Below, in pieces: positions 22,201 through 32,169 of a DNA stretch of 64,000 bases (position 1 is its first letter; each line of letters opens with the position of its first letter). Under the pieces are notes generated by a model, which saw nothing but the letters and a program-made list of their open reading frames with translations, did no database searches and had not been told where the DNA came from. The position numbers were made by a program, and so were the translations under genes. Source of the DNA: Diplonema japonicum. Its lineage: Eukaryota > Protista > Euglenozoa: Diplonemea. The stretch spans positions 372,001 through 436,000 of the forward strand of contig OZ025676.1 in NCBI GenBank assembly GCA_964019335.1, read 5' to 3'.

Positions 22201-25200
22201 AACTAGGACATTTCGCTTGACAGGTTAGTGTATTATCAACTGCTTGCATTACAGAATACCCTGAAAGGCAGCCCTGGCAAGCAGGCCCCGTTGCGGGATA
22301 CTTGCAAGCGGAACATGCAATGCTATCGAAACACTGCTTCACGTTGCAATCAATGCCTGAACAGCTCTCGCATGTGGTGCCAGCGAATGGTGGTGTGCAG
22401 GTGCAAACAGGACGCACAGGATCGCTGAGCACCTTAAAGATGTACCGCATGAAGTCGTTGCGGGGAGTGAAGCCCCATTGCAGAAAGAAGGTGGCGCTTT
22501 GTGACAATTCTGACAGCTGTACGAACTCCTCTGTCGTGTAGTTGCCCAAGCCTAGACGGTGGTGTGAATGTCGGGCTGTGATGGGGGCACTTTTACGGAC
22601 AAACGGAGACGGGACCACAGCAGCGTGGAGCTGAGGGTGTCCATTGTTGTAGTCGTCGAGCTTCCCTGCAAACGTGGACAGCGACGATATAAGACTGGGG
22701 AAGTTGTTGAACACAGCCGACTGGTAGTAAATGACTACTTTCCGAGGCTCCCGTGTTGTAGAGTAGTTTCCACCATAGGACAGGGAGAAGGTGTGGTCAG
22801 TGCCCGCAGTGTGCTCGACGTGTAGTGTCAGCAATTCGTTTCGAAACTCCGAAGTCAAAACCCATGACGCGTTCCCCAAACGAAACGGCCACACAAGCAA
22901 CTCCTTCGTGCTGGTGATCATGAGCTTAGTGCACGCAGGTGTGTCCTGCAAACACATCTGAAAGTTCCCAAACTTATCGAAGATTGTCCGGAAGGCATAC
23001 TGCTGGTTCTCAAATAGCAACCCGCCGCCCTCCGCAAAGTACCTCAGCCCACGGGGAGTGTCCTTGATAAGGTCGTAATCGATATTGAATTTGGGCACAG
23101 TCACTATATTCGAGTTGATCTTCAGCTTCGCGATGGGTGCGTCATAATAACCGTGAAGGCCTGCAGCTGTGCTCGCTGCGTTTGTGTTTACCTCCAAAGC
23201 TGCATAATCTAATTGCAACCCGCCTCCCGACACGACTTTTATTTGGATTTCATTATAGGCACCCCACCGTAGAAGAGACCAGTCGATTATAGTGGCTGTG
23301 TTCAGTGCTGTTCCCAACTTGGACACCAGAAGGTTCCCGTTGATGTAGTACTCGAAGATGGTGTTCATTGGGCTCTCAATAACCTTGAAGATCAGCATGA
23401 ACTGCGAATCAGCAACGTACACGAAGTGGGGTGTGTAAGGACACGGCCGTGTGGAGGCGAATATCTTGTCAGTTGGATTGTAGCACAAGACTGAATGGTC
23501 CCAGCGACCGTTTATGTCTGTACAGTTTGCTTCCGTCATGTCAGGGGCGTAGCTGCTACCTAACCAGCAATGCCCTGGGAGAGTGGTGTTGGGTAGCATG
23601 AACCCCATCGTGAAGGGGTTGAACTCATTAACATCGAGTCCCTCTACAGGGATTGTAAGGTTCGGTCCAGCAAACGAGCCCGGTATGGACGTGTACGCGT
23701 CTGTCACATTGAACCGTATCTCGCCCTGTGCCAGAGATCTGAGAAGCGGTTTCTTGAACTCTCTGTTCGAACTGTCGTAGTCGCCCACCTTCCACAGCAA
23801 CCTATAAGCAGAGTCGTACGGCGAAGCACATTGTGAAGCCCCGCTGTTCCACGTGGAGCCGCACGACGCGTAGCTGCACGACTCAAAGTGGCATGAAAAC
23901 CCCTTAGTTCCCAAGAAGCAGTTGCAGCGGCCGTTCTCGTTGCAAACACCGCTGCCAGAGCAGCTCATCAACTCGTTACAATACACATCGCAATGCGGCC
24001 AGTTATAATAGTCGGTTTTGCATGTCTCGCAATAAATGCCACCTCTATTTCCTGTGCAGAGACAGGAACCGTTTGCAAAACACCCGGAGCCCATACCAGG
24101 TCCTTGGCAGTTGCATGTCTCCACACACGCAGCAGTGTCGTTTCCAGGAGGAGCGGTTGCCGGGTTGAACAGAGCAGAAGGTGCAGGATATCGTGAGAAC
24201 ATGCACTGGTCGCACCAAGTGCCCCCTCTTTTGTCACAGCCTTTGCAGTGCGCGGTGTGGAACAAAGTCGACAACAATGCTGTGAGCTTCATAGCAGCCA
24301 GCCTGGTCACCTCGGTTGTGTGCCCCCAGTGAACGAGCACTACCACAGGAGCTGCTTCCCCAGGGTTCAGAGGCTGTGTCGTTATTGTTTCCCTATTCCC
24401 GTTTGCAACATCGATTGTAACATCAGTGTTCATCCTGCTCCCTCCAGCCACTCTGCCCACTGCGTACACGACGTCAGGCCGCTGCTCTTGCGTGTTGTAG
24501 TGCACAGTTGCCGACGCTTCAACTTCGTTAAACGTAAAAGTGCCTGATAATCGATGTGGGGCTATCTCACCACCGTATGTTCCGCCGAACTGGAGCCAAG
24601 CAGGCTCACCATCATCCACTTCAACCGTAATGACAAAAACAGCAGAGTTCAGCCAACCAACGTAAAGCTGGATGCTGCTTCTTCCTGCCGTCAGCTGCAC
24701 AGGTTCCACGAATGGCCGGTTTGCATTCCTCACATACGCGCACCCCGATGCGGTGCAAACAGAGAAGTTACCCCATCCATCAAAGGTATCGGCACCGCCA
24801 TCCAACCACATGAAGGTGTCCTCATTCCAGTCATTCACCATCTTGAAGTCCGCTTCCCAGTTTAAAGGGTGGGCTGGGGAGTTCGGGTCGTTAACTATCT
24901 CCCTCAAAGTTTGCAAAGGAGTCCGCGCTTCAACACAGGACCCGTATCCGTTGCACTGGTTTGCCTTGTTGCACGTCCGTTTCTCGCAGCGTGCTCCTGT
25001 GAAGCCAGGCTCACACACACAAGTACCGTAACCGTTGCAGAGCCCCCTGTTGAGACATGTGACAGGAGGGTCACAGTAAACGTTGCACACCCCCGCAGGA
25101 TACCACCCCGCTGCGCAATACTCACATACTTGCCCTACGAAATGAGGTGGGCAAATGCAGGTCCCCGAAAGGTCGCAACTTCCTTGTTCGCAGGGGCACC

Positions 25201-28200
25201 CTTGTGTGCAATCCCCTGGCGGGTACGCAGGTGTCTTTGTCGAAGATGTGAAACTTATGCAACGTTCACACTTCGGGTCGGTGATGTCAACGTACGCCGT
25301 GCCCACTGTTGTGTTGGTGAGGCATGTGCACTCGTAGTCCTTGATGGTGAGGAGGTTGTCCACCGCATAGTCGATCATGGTGTAAGGGTCGCCTGTGCCA
25401 CCGAAACCTATGAACCAGTGTTGAGATGTGAGACCAGTTCCCAGCGTGACCTCGTGGTCGCCCACATCGTTGACGCGTGATGTCGATAACAAGGGCGTCT
25501 TACGAAGGTTCACCCACTCCAGGACAGAGCCGGGCACCAGTGTGAAGACAACAGGTGGGGTGTAGGTGGTTGGGTCAACATTCCGCGAAGCCATCAACGG
25601 CACGGTGTATGGCGTGGCGCCATTTTCGACACCATAGGTGAAATAGTAAAGGTCGTCTTCAGGGAGCCTCACGGGGTCCATGTCTATGGTAATATCGTGT
25701 GTGACCACCTCGTGCACGGACCTCTCGTCGGAAGCGTAGTCCGCAATAAAAAGCACCCGCGCCCGTGAGAGGTTCGCACCAGTGTATGGCATGTGGTCTG
25801 TGGCGTTCTCCCAGTCGATGCCTTCTGTCGAGTTTGACACGTTCACCGTAAGCGTGAAGAGCCCGTCGACCAGCCACCCCATCGTCACGTTGAATACTGC
25901 TTCACCCAAGCGCGTCTCTCTGGAGGTCACTTCACCCACCACACCTGGGACACCTAGCTCCAACAGCGCGCAGTTGTAAGGCTCTTTCTCTAACCGCAGC
26001 AACGTGATGTCCGTCACTGATACTTGCGACGTGTTGAACTCCTCCATCGCTGGCGTGTCGGGGCACAAATGAAACCACCCCAACCCATCCACACCAGAGT
26101 GGTACGTGAACGACTTCCCGTTGTAGCCCTTGTGTGGGTCCGGTCTCCACTCTCGACTGGACTTCAAGTACAAAGCCGCATCTTTGTCGATTTCAAGCAT
26201 CCATGGGTGCGGCAGCCTGAGAGGGCTTCCCATTCCCTGCGAACCGTAGGTGTGAAGCTCTTCAACAGTTTTGTTCTGCCACGGAGATGAACACTGCCCC
26301 CACTTGCCACATGTCTTCGCGCCGCACGCTTTCACTTGACAGAAGCGTCCCGTGTAACCCTCCTCGCAGATGCAGACGGACGTGAAGCTCCCACCCTGCA
26401 CAGGGTAGCGGTCGGCAAATGACTTCTCACGGCAGTTGCCACGACCATAGCAGTAGCAAGGTAGGTACGGGAGGTTGGTGTCCGTGTAGGTCTGAGTGGC
26501 TGTGCGATAGACAGTGGTTGTTGGGGGTATAAGAGACTCCGTGAGTGTCAATGTCTCGGTCTTTGAAAAGGTTCGTGAGTAGCTCTCAGAAGTCGTATCT
26601 GTGCGTGTGGCCGTGGGCAGCTGTGTGGTGGAGGCTGTTGTGGTTGCCGTAACGTAGTAGATGATGTTGTCCCCGTAGGGGTTGATGCTGGTGCTCTCGT
26701 AGGCAGTGTCGTTGTTGTACAAGGTCAGCCTGTATGCACCGTAGTCACCCCGCGCAGCTGGGGTAGTAAAATTGGTCACTTCGAACTGCACGGTATGGCA
26801 AGGCTGCGCCCCTGTCGAGCTGATAGTGAGGGTCGTTCCGTACCACGTTGCGGTGGGTGTCGGAGCGTTCTTGGGTGAGGTTGCCGTTATGGTCACGTCG
26901 CCCTCATAAGCGTGGTAGTAGGTGTCTGCAGGGACCACGATGCTCAAGTTGTACCCCTCAAGTGCCACCGAAAAGGAAATGTCGACTACAATGGTGATCT
27001 CCTGTTGCTGCGTGTCCATCACGTATGGTCTGAAGTCAAACCACCTGATTCCATTGCCGGCGGTCTGATCCTCTGCCGCCCACGCACCGCACACTTGATC
27101 TGCGTCAGGGCATGTCAGCGTCCCCCATGCGCTGCTTGTTATGCTCGCTTCCAACCCATTGGGGTCACAGCTCAGTGTTTCCATAGCCGTACCCGTGGTA
27201 GTGGTCGGCACGTCGATGTAAAGTTTCCAGTGCCCCGGTGCTCCATCCCCCCTGGGCGTACAACACACAGGCATGCAGAGGCCTCCATACGTAGCTGATG
27301 TGACGCACCTGGACCCAGAGCCAAAAGACTCCAGCGACACCGAAGGGCTGTTGCTGCTGTCGGTGCAGACGTACGTTGATGAGACTATTGGGCAGTTCGC
27401 CATAGCAGTCGACTGCGCCGCATAGTCAGTCCTGTCGAACACCCCTACAACAGGCGTTTGTGTTAATGTCATCGCGTTGCAGTCACCCCGTGCTGTGGCC
27501 AGGAAGTTGCACGTTGACTGGTCGGTGGTGACTGTGGCACAGAACTCCGGATAAGAACTGTTGCCCACAAGGTGCCTGCAGTCCCTGAACCACTCGCACC
27601 CCCTCTCCTTACCCCATCGGAGGTCTCCCTGCCGCTTTGTGTTTATCGTGACGTATGTCGAGGATATAGGGCCCGTTGTTGCGTTTGCCAGGGACGCAAA
27701 GTACCCTAACGTCAGACCTGACAACACGAAGGGGCCTGTGTCGAGCGTCTTGTCGAGCTCGGTAAGGATCTCGGTGTGGAAGAGCTTCTTGTCCCAGTGC
27801 ATTGCCTCCCAGTCAAGCCACGCATCGGCAGCCCGCTCGGCGGAGGAGCACGCAGTATGGTCAGCGACAAAAGCGTCAGGGGTACGAAGAGCAGGGTGTC
27901 TCTCAAGCCCCCACGAGCGCTCCCAGTACATGGGTGAGAAGCCCATGATGTGCAGAAGATCGTGCAAGATGAACGACTCGAGCGATAGCTGTTCGGCCTT
28001 TGAGGAAGGCGAAAGGGCAGCGGGATTGACGTTCAAGAACGCAACACGAGGGAGGCCTGTGTGGTAGTCAACCACACACGGCCCGCCCCAAGACGTGGTG
28101 GAGGAAGAAGCAACAGGGACGAGGGTCACAATGAGAAGCAAGTCGATGCCATGCGACGAAGACTCCGGCCGTGTGGGGAACTCACTGGAACCAGCTTTGG

Positions 28201-28690
28201 TGTTCAAGGCTTTCTGGATCCAGGTGTTTTTTATGTTTACATGACCACATGTATCGGGGGCACCATCGATCCAGTAGCCACCCGAAGACTTCAACTGTGT
28301 GTCCCACAAGGCGAGCTGCGGTGTCGTGGGTGCTGTTTCAAAGGTGTCGTAGATAGTGCGTGCTGCGTTTGGGATGTACTCTTGGAAGAGACGTGTCACC
28401 TTGTTGTGGTCCAGATACAGATCACGTGTGCACTGCAGAAAGGTGTCCTCTATATAAGAAGGTGTCCACAGTCTCTCGACACATGTGTAGTTGTCACCAG
28501 GCATGTAGACAGGGTGGATCCAAAAACCTTTTTTACCCACGCTGTCGTCCAGCCCCACCTTCCTCACCTTCATACTGGACCCAAATTTGTTGTTTACCTT
28601 GCTGTGCACGCAATCACCACCATCAGCTGGTCGGAGCCCTAACACTAACAGCGCAACGCCAACAAGTGCTCGTGACACGCTCCTTCCCAT
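16277..28690 (-). CDS. 4137-aa type I membrane protein: signal peptide, GP63/leishmanolysin-like domain, Thr-rich stalk, many EGF repeats, PSI, sPLA2-like, VWD, REJ-like region, GPS motif, TM, cytoplasmic tail
   Basis: Uninterrupted ORF. HDLLHIMGF and MHWDKK..EILT; CxGxGxC EGF repeats; CSECIHADGCGWC (PSI); FGLGHITTWDG...VDGMMGFLDGDVAND (VWD); CVYW...W...C.VTHFSMFA (GPS); TM LAFTIVGGVIGASILLSLAWM. Confidence 0.85.
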   Translation of the reverse strand: MGRSVSRALVGVALLVLGLRPADGGDCVHSKVNNKFGSSMKVRKVGLDDSVGKKGFWIHPVYMPGDNYTCVERLWTPSYIEDTFLQCTRDLYLDHNKVTRLFQEYIPNAARTIYDTFETAPTTPQLALWDTQLKSSGGYWIDGAPDTCGHVNIKNTWIQKALNTKAGSSEFPTRPESSSHGIDLLLIVTLVPVASSSTTSWGGPCVVDYHTGLPRVAFLNVNPAALSPSSKAEQLSLESFILHDLLHIMGFSPMYWERSWGLERHPALRTPDAFVADHTACSSAERAADAWLDWEAMHWDKKLFHTEILTELDKTLDTGPFVLSGLTLGYFASLANATTGPISSTYVTINTKRQGDLRWGKERGCEWFRDCRHLVGNSSYPEFCATVTTDQSTCNFLATARGDCNAMTLTQTPVVGVFDRTDYAAQSTAMANCPIVSSTYVCTDSSNSPSVSLESFGSGSRCVTSATYGGLCMPVCCTPRGDGAPGHWKLYIDVPTTTTGTAMETLSCDPNGLEASITSSAWGTLTCPDADQVCGAWAAEDQTAGNGIRWFDFRPYVMDTQQQEITIVVDISFSVALEGYNLSIVVPADTYYHAYEGDVTITATSPKNAPTPTATWYGTTLTISSTGAQPCHTVQFEVTNFTTPAARGDYGAYRLTLYNNDTAYESTSINPYGDNIIYYVTATTTASTTQLPTATRTDTTSESYSRTFSKTETLTLTESLIPPTTTVYRTATQTYTDTNLPYLPCYCYGRGNCREKSFADRYPVQGGSFTSVCICEEGYTGRFCQVKACGAKTCGKWGQCSSPWQNKTVEELHTYGSQGMGSPLRLPHPWMLEIDKDAALYLKSSREWRPDPHKGYNGKSFTYHSGVDGLGWFHLCPDTPAMEEFNTSQVSVTDITLLRLEKEPYNCALLELGVPGVVGEVTSRETRLGEAVFNVTMGWLVDGLFTLTVNVSNSTEGIDWENATDHMPYTGANLSRARVLFIADYASDERSVHEVVTHDITIDMDPVRLPEDDLYYFTYGVENGATPYTVPLMASRNVDPTTYTPPVVFTLVPGSVLEWVNLRKTPLLSTSRVNDVGDHEVTLGTGLTSQHWFIGFGGTGDPYTMIDYAVDNLLTIKDYECTCLTNTTVGTAYVDITDPKCERCISFTSSTKTPAYPPGDCTQGCPCEQGSCDLSGTCICPPHFVGQVCEYCAAGWYPAGVCNVYCDPPVTCLNRGLCNGYGTCVCEPGFTGARCEKRTCNKANQCNGYGSCVEARTPLQTLREIVNDPNSPAHPLNWEADFKMVNDWNEDTFMWLDGGADTFDGWGNFSVCTASGCAYVRNANRPFVEPVQLTAGRSSIQLYVGWLNSAVFVITVEVDDGEPAWLQFGGTYGGEIAPHRLSGTFTFNEVEASATVHYNTQEQRPDVVYAVGRVAGGSRMNTDVTIDVANGNRETITTQPLNPGEAAPVVVLVHWGHTTEVTRLAAMKLTALLSTLFHTAHCKGCDKRGGTWCDQCMFSRYPAPSALFNPATAPPGNDTAACVETCNCQGPGMGSGCFANGSCLCTGNRGGIYCETCKTDYYNWPHCDVYCNELMSCSGSGVCNENGRCNCFLGTKGFSCHFESCSYASCGSTWNSGASQCASPYDSAYRLLWKVGDYDSSNREFKKPLLRSLAQGEIRFNVTDAYTSIPGSFAGPNLTIPVEGLDVNEFNPFTMGFMLPNTTLPGHCWLGSSYAPDMTEANCTDINGRWDHSVLCYNPTDKIFASTRPCPYTPHFVYVADSQFMLIFKVIESPMNTIFEYYINGNLLVSKLGTALNTATIIDWSLLRWGAYNEIQIKVVSGGGLQLDYAALEVNTNAASTAAGLHGYYDAPIAKLKINSNIVTVPKFNIDYDLIKDTPRGLRYFAEGGGLLFENQQYAFRTIFDKFGNFQMCLQDTPACTKLMITSTKELLVWPFRLGNASWVLTSEFRNELLTLHVEHTAGTDHTFSLSYGGNYSTTREPRKVVIYYQSAVFNNFPSLISSLSTFAGKLDDYNNGHPQLHAAVVPSPFVRKSAPITARHSHHRLGLGNYTTEEFVQLSELSQSATFFLQWGFTPRNDFMRYIFKVLSDPVRPVCTCTPPFAGTTCESCSGIDCNVKQCFDSIACSACKYPATGPACQGCLSGYSVMQAVDNTLTCQAKCPSSNNCNSKGVCKLPEVCVCYPGFYTKGCNTSAACLSECIGPGYTTCEKVSCYSAPQPGLDVYVALCPYPCENGVCSRQQRKCTCDAGWGGIDCTSPWCSGGATCYGHGVCTLPNVCECQSGWTGINCETSPCGIHKTCSECIHADGCGWCALSNECYPGDYTGPYSPGLKPHPCSADARWFKTTECFVGFTNYIPIKDDELPTVNFLNCSRLCIQDAAECGACMRTIPESMEDFVLHMQQQRSLLQVGTATATQMETSTVSLSLRLATHTVTPDVGIQCGEEWVRWQWMPTALINNYVCACELEASLKRDISTTCLQESMWQQFDDTAVVSEALAAEATAMKAKYISFDQKLSVQQGCCNTGDVCCKTSELLYNQDKVQETVDWYVNHMVPIHVKVYENARAACGCSASCTNHQRDSLWRLLTQTTSTCVQGSIASILLHPCQLNVGSTLQEAFPVLHPTPPCPMKSRLLPVVLGFPTSPQQEAALVAAGTYRLPQCAHWTTTETWACCSQALRCYSNCTASVAMCNTNFVHCITSIFRCAAFVGVQQFIYEVEEISAKKLYQSALITFSAHQKIRSKACRCVPVEEVGCGNGIRVASGCVCFDGWLQDSVGICKIPECRDNCKGNGVCVKDTSGVASCKCRPQWKGVACEVPVWRSASAFGLGHITTWDGLIYKHYGDGAYQLVTGIWQSDTFSVQVHKTYHQRYGVSTIDAVTIRLGSDKVDIWSKNQDEVCIVGGPKCLLGRGLVSVHVNGEPFGSGDYSWQFAQWPGVTIYSVTTFHDATFFLHLGTTMKVKVGVVWSSPLNVHFFNVDLSISLPYFSRVDGMMGFLDGDVANDINGIKHDGTHLKNTWTDYHYYGETWMVTKSELPVYTLGRPILYLPISHNYAPTELVGSSSCEGTPHPFYVPCSSDDLVMNDTAVVYNEFMISTRYCHSNPCRFNGACNLDGSCECPMQLNASRYCTAVTTDTNSSEMYSGNQEGSVFDLEALQSELCGHLNRCSGHGRCTMDAQVERCICDEFWTDTACSTPLCGVTCTNGRCEYDGTAVGCRCRAGYTGPSCSEIAMCPHLWECSGHGLCTAQSECACHTGWHGESCNVETPSTCSVGLTGKWCTSLVCDCSGHGYCTLDAGQPTCQCSSNWYSANCGKQCIPEVTCTGHGLCSSEGTCQCTVPYRTGSCDVRDPSVTIQSQVKINNRPTTHQQGVDLTLGALINGAMNVPTGQLLRWSSYPSGLFGTSDENSLTVQLKGNMFACADSTYSAADTILHTCSYKITAELSLGISVASSDSFTMEILEAPRYKDSASVKFHCPDDPSCNKLYELRTYLTIDAGLWISNVPPFTYKFQVTIGSVTTPIFNGLSPYHSNPTVTFRIPALPCSAGTNTTLRVSIFAGSGNGALASLELPDTKTVFRLSDSDALAFLRGTAALSPIETLDVMLTVPQRYGVETWPWDEMHYAFTSYLDDVLSSNETGVLKTTMLSSVMVLYETSVYPTRAVSCPRVVAVGVVNLDYVTYGARAEFLFEIAKQLIEGELSANEISEAAAMVLIGNIVKIPALATRLMFLESLLEKVTSDFTVSSVSVKVVPSTTAVTNYGLNDIVVFTHHKYNALGEELVMAAYEPGSDRSFTFVTEAGITVNILLESEIINLQARNAVTKQTTGVSDPTNTSTPIATLMFSLSNDINYARSYNCVYWERSQWIWGPEAGIGLLAPASHLDVAIVPAGFIGTSYGCPVTHFSMFALAFVQEVVPATPVFINDTTAPFDNSYVIPPQVDIFISNKVTPSTDVGLAFTIVGGVIGASILLSLAWMGRKCYRQREARRAENQRAHDTFASKLFLRRKSKRKSLAKGSKYGQGATVGILKKAHQRTRDFMTGTKGGPEWETDNYNEGLPAPPEDREMDEYLAQRDLEQIERVVNLDDLPIFDPTRTEGVKRYAYHIEGDSGSEPSPKTAPTSPPPDNPLPEKPNEAVSRWKAAVQFT

Positions 28691-29203
28691 GCTGCGACAT
28701 TTCTTTGTTTTTAGTCCACTTTTTTTTCTTTTTTTTTTTTTTTTTTTTATTGTAGAGGTTTCTTCTTACCAAAATAATAATTTTAATATAAGAAGAAAGA
28801 AGGAAGTGAAACCAGAATATAAAAAGAAAAGAATTAATAAGCTATTTACGGCCAACAAGTAACGGTGCTACTGTTTGCCTCGGGTTTTCCGCATATCTTC
28901 ACATCGAAAGATGGTAAAAAAAAAAAAAAAAAAAAATGCGAAAAACCGGGAGGACGGACCAAAGCCACTCCCTAGCTGTGGGTAAGTAGTTTATTTCACG
29001 GTGTTATAGATAAGTCACAACAAAGGACAAAAGCAAGCTAATTATATTATAATAGGTATACAGATCACTCCTGACTAGGCCTTCTCGTGCCTCTTAGATG
29101 ATCGCCGGGAGACTTTACCTAAAACACATATTATCTACCGAAAACCGATGGGATTTAGCGTAAAATAATGAGCCCTCTGAGTGCGTGAAGTAACTTCAGA
29201 ATG

Positions 29204-29243
<40 letters not shown>

Positions 29244-29893
29244 AAGTAGGAAAGTTTTTGTTTGTTCTTTTTTTTTTTCTTCTTCTTTTCATGAGAGGTG
29301 GACGGAAAAAAAAAAAAAAAAAAAAAAGGGAAGGGGAGGGGGAATGGAGGTATTTCCTTTGGAAGGGTGTTAAGAAGAACAAGGAACGACAAACAAAAAA
29401 AAAGGGAGGGGGAAACCCGGTGTTGTGCTCTGTTTTTTTTTTTCTCCAAATTTCTGGAACTGTAAAAGGGGGGAGTACAGTGAAAGCAGACTAATGGGCG
29501 AGTGGTAGCACATTTGCCGACCAACTGACCAATCGCATTTCGTTTCAGAAATAAATAAATAAAAAAGAGAGAAATAAGCAAATAAAAGGAAAGGGCAACG
29601 ATCTTCAATACCAGGCTAGCCGTGAACTTCCCTTATTTTTTATACACCCCCCCCATTTTTTTTTGCGAATAGGAAAGACTATAAATATAAAGAGCCGGAA
29701 GTGGGAGGGGGGGGGCAGAAAAACTCTGAATAGCCGATGTTTTTTTTTCCCGTTTTTTTTCTTTTTTTCTTCCCATCATTCCACTCCTGATGAGCCTGAC
29801 TCCCAAGAGTCAAGGTCTTCTTCTTTGCTGTAACAACGCTTCCTTTCTCTTGCAAACACATATATAATCATGTGCAATGTGGATTTTTGAAGG

Positions 29894-29943
<50 letters not shown>

Positions 29944-30621
29944 ACCTTCTGGTGTAACTTGGGATGGAAAGGACACTGCTAAAACTGTGGATCTGAGGGC
30001 CAAGGGAAAAACGAAAAAAAAACACTTCGTTAATTTAGAGGGTTTCTGAAAGAAGAAGGAAGAAAAGAAAAATAATTCTTTATGACTACATGTCTTTGTT
30101 GTTCGCACGAGCAAAAAAGGGTTTTTAAAAAGCTGCGAAAGTTTCTTTTTTTTTCTTCTTTGCTCGGCACAAGTTGCATATAGTTATAAAATCATTTTTT
30201 TTTTTAAATGAAAGATAAGTATTTGTAACAAAAAAAAAAAGCAAGAGAAAAAAAAAAAAAAAAAAAAAAGCGCAGGTTCCAATATTGGATGGACCCCTTT
30301 TCTTCTTTTTTTTTTCTTCCTTCTTTATTCCTTTTCCTCACTCTTCTCGGTGGAAAAAATATAATATCGAACACGCTTCGTCTCACTTCAGCATTTCTTT
30401 TTTTGGGGGGGGGAGTAGAAAATGAAAAAAAGTTGAGGGGTGCGAGGCTATTTACGACTAGATACAGTATGTAGGGATGGGCGGGAGCAGGCGAGGGGAA
30501 ACAGACTTTTTCTTCATTTGCTTGCCGTTTGTTACAAGGGTAAAGGGAAAGGGGGGGGTTTTTTTTCGTGTAAATGGTTTTTCTTTTCTTTTTTTTTCAG
30601 GGGGGGTTTTTTTTTTCGTTC

Positions 30622-31231
30622 TCATAATGCTGCAACCACCTCAGGAGGTATCTCTGTTGAACAAACAGGACAAGTAGGTTCAGGACTATTTTCGACCCAC
30701 TTTTTTTTTTTTTTTTTTTTTGTTTCCCTTCCCTCGACCACATACCTCACGAATGCACTCCCTATGAAAACCATGGATGCAGGGTAAATATTGCGGATTA
30801 CATTTCGCCTTACTCTCATAACAAATAATACACTCATTCGCAGCCGCGGTGCTGTGTGACCTGGAAGAAGGGCTAGCGGGCACCACAGGAGTGTCAAGAG
30901 CGTTCACCCGGATAGAAGGGGCGGGCCGCTGCCGGGGCGGCCTCTTAGTTTTGGTGTGTTTTTTCTTATGCCTTTCGTACTCGCTGCTGAGGAACTGCAT
31001 CCTGTTCTGGTTGCACGATCTGTGCGTCCTCTCCAGGTGCCTTTCCCTCCTCTGCGCCATTTTCTGCATCTTTCTCTCCAAATAAATCTGCTGCGCAACG
31101 ATCTCATCAGCGCTCAGCACCCTCGCGATCACAGCATCATTCTCTATACTGTTGCCTCGACTGTACTTTTGAGGCACCGGACGCCGCATGTCCCCCCTCT
31201 GTTTCTTGCCCTTGCATGAGCATGCCCCCAT
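30622..31231 (-). CDS. N-myristoylated/palmitoylated RING-H2 E3 ligase; exons 31231-30746 and 30699-30622
   Basis: N-terminus MGACSC. Splicing a 46-nt GTATGT...AAG intron (30700-30745) completes CIIC...CIHGFHREC..W...CPVC. Confidence 0.85.
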
Positions 31232-31421
31232 AGCACAGCGCCCACCTCCTTGTCTGTGTTTATTGTGTCAAAGAATGTCAAAGAAATAAAGAGAGAAGGA
31301 GAAAAAAAAATATTTAAAAAAAAAGGTGGTCATGACCACCCCAGTCATACACAATGTGTTGCTGGTTAAGGAAGGGAAAAATTCAGAAAGAGGAAGAAGG
31401 GTGGGGGGAGGGAGTGCTTGC

Positions 31422-31850
31422 TTATTTCCCCTGGAGCTCGCCACGGATGCGCCTGGCGATGTTGAGGTCAAGGTGGTTGAGGGTCTGCTTCTTCCTGTGG
31501 ATCTGCATCATGACAGCCGCCTGGAAGAGCCCGACCATGTAGCTCTCTGTCGCCTCCTGCACCGCCTCCAGAGCAGACGGCTTGAAGGACAACCCCGTCT
31601 TGTAGTTGTTCATGGTCTCCCTCACCAGCCTCTGGAAGGGTGCCTTCTGCAGCAGAAGCTTCGAGGTCTTCTGCAGTTTGAAGATCTCACGCAGGGCAAC
31701 GGTTCCAGGCCTCCACCTCCTCTTCCCCTCGCTGCTCTCCTCCTTCTTGCTCTTCTTCGACTTCTTCTCCTTCTTCGTCTTCCTGCTCTTCTTCGTCACC
31801 TCTCCTGCGGGAGGCCTCCCACCAGTCGACTTCAGGGAAGAGCGCGGCAT
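31422..31850 (-). CDS. Highly divergent histone H3 variant, copy 1
   Basis: KSTGG, RWRPGTVALREI, PFQRLVRE, QEATESYMVGLF and ARRIRGE; Lys-rich non-canonical tail. Confidence 0.92.
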   Translation of the reverse strand: MPRSSLKSTGGRPPAGEVTKKSRKTKKEKKSKKSKKEESSEGKRRWRPGTVALREIFKLQKTSKLLLQKAPFQRLVRETMNNYKTGLSFKPSALEAVQEATESYMVGLFQAAVMMQIHRKKQTLNHLDLNIARRIRGELQGK

Positions 31851-32169
31851 TTTCTTTGGTTTTGTGTTTTGAAAAAACTGTGCACGCGGGTGAAGGGGAT
31901 ACAAAGACAAGAAGAAAAAAGAAAAGGAAATAAAAAAAGGGAAGATAAAAAAAATAGAAAAACAGAGAGATACAAAAGAGAAAAAAAGGGGAAACAAAGG
32001 GAAAAGGGAGGGGGGGTACGGTGCTCAGCGACACCACCTGCCCGGGGGAGGGCAAGTGAAAGGGATGAAAAAAAAAAAAAAAACTCACAACATCAACAAC
32101 AAGAAGAAGAAGAAAAGAGATAGAAATACATCAAAAGGGGAGGAACGAGGAGGAAGAATGGCAACGTTT

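Noticed and set aside
28700-30600. Poly-Phe/poly-Lys ORFs in intergenic DNA (also 2000-2350, 35400-36100, 57000-58550)
   Set aside because: Translations of homopolymer tracts. The N-terminal ORF extensions on several real genes were trimmed for the same reason.
31422-31850. H3 variant as CenH3/CENP-A
   Set aside because: It keeps the Q68 and F84 equivalents and has no loop-1 extension; the gene is also multicopy. A centromeric role is not excluded but is unsupported.
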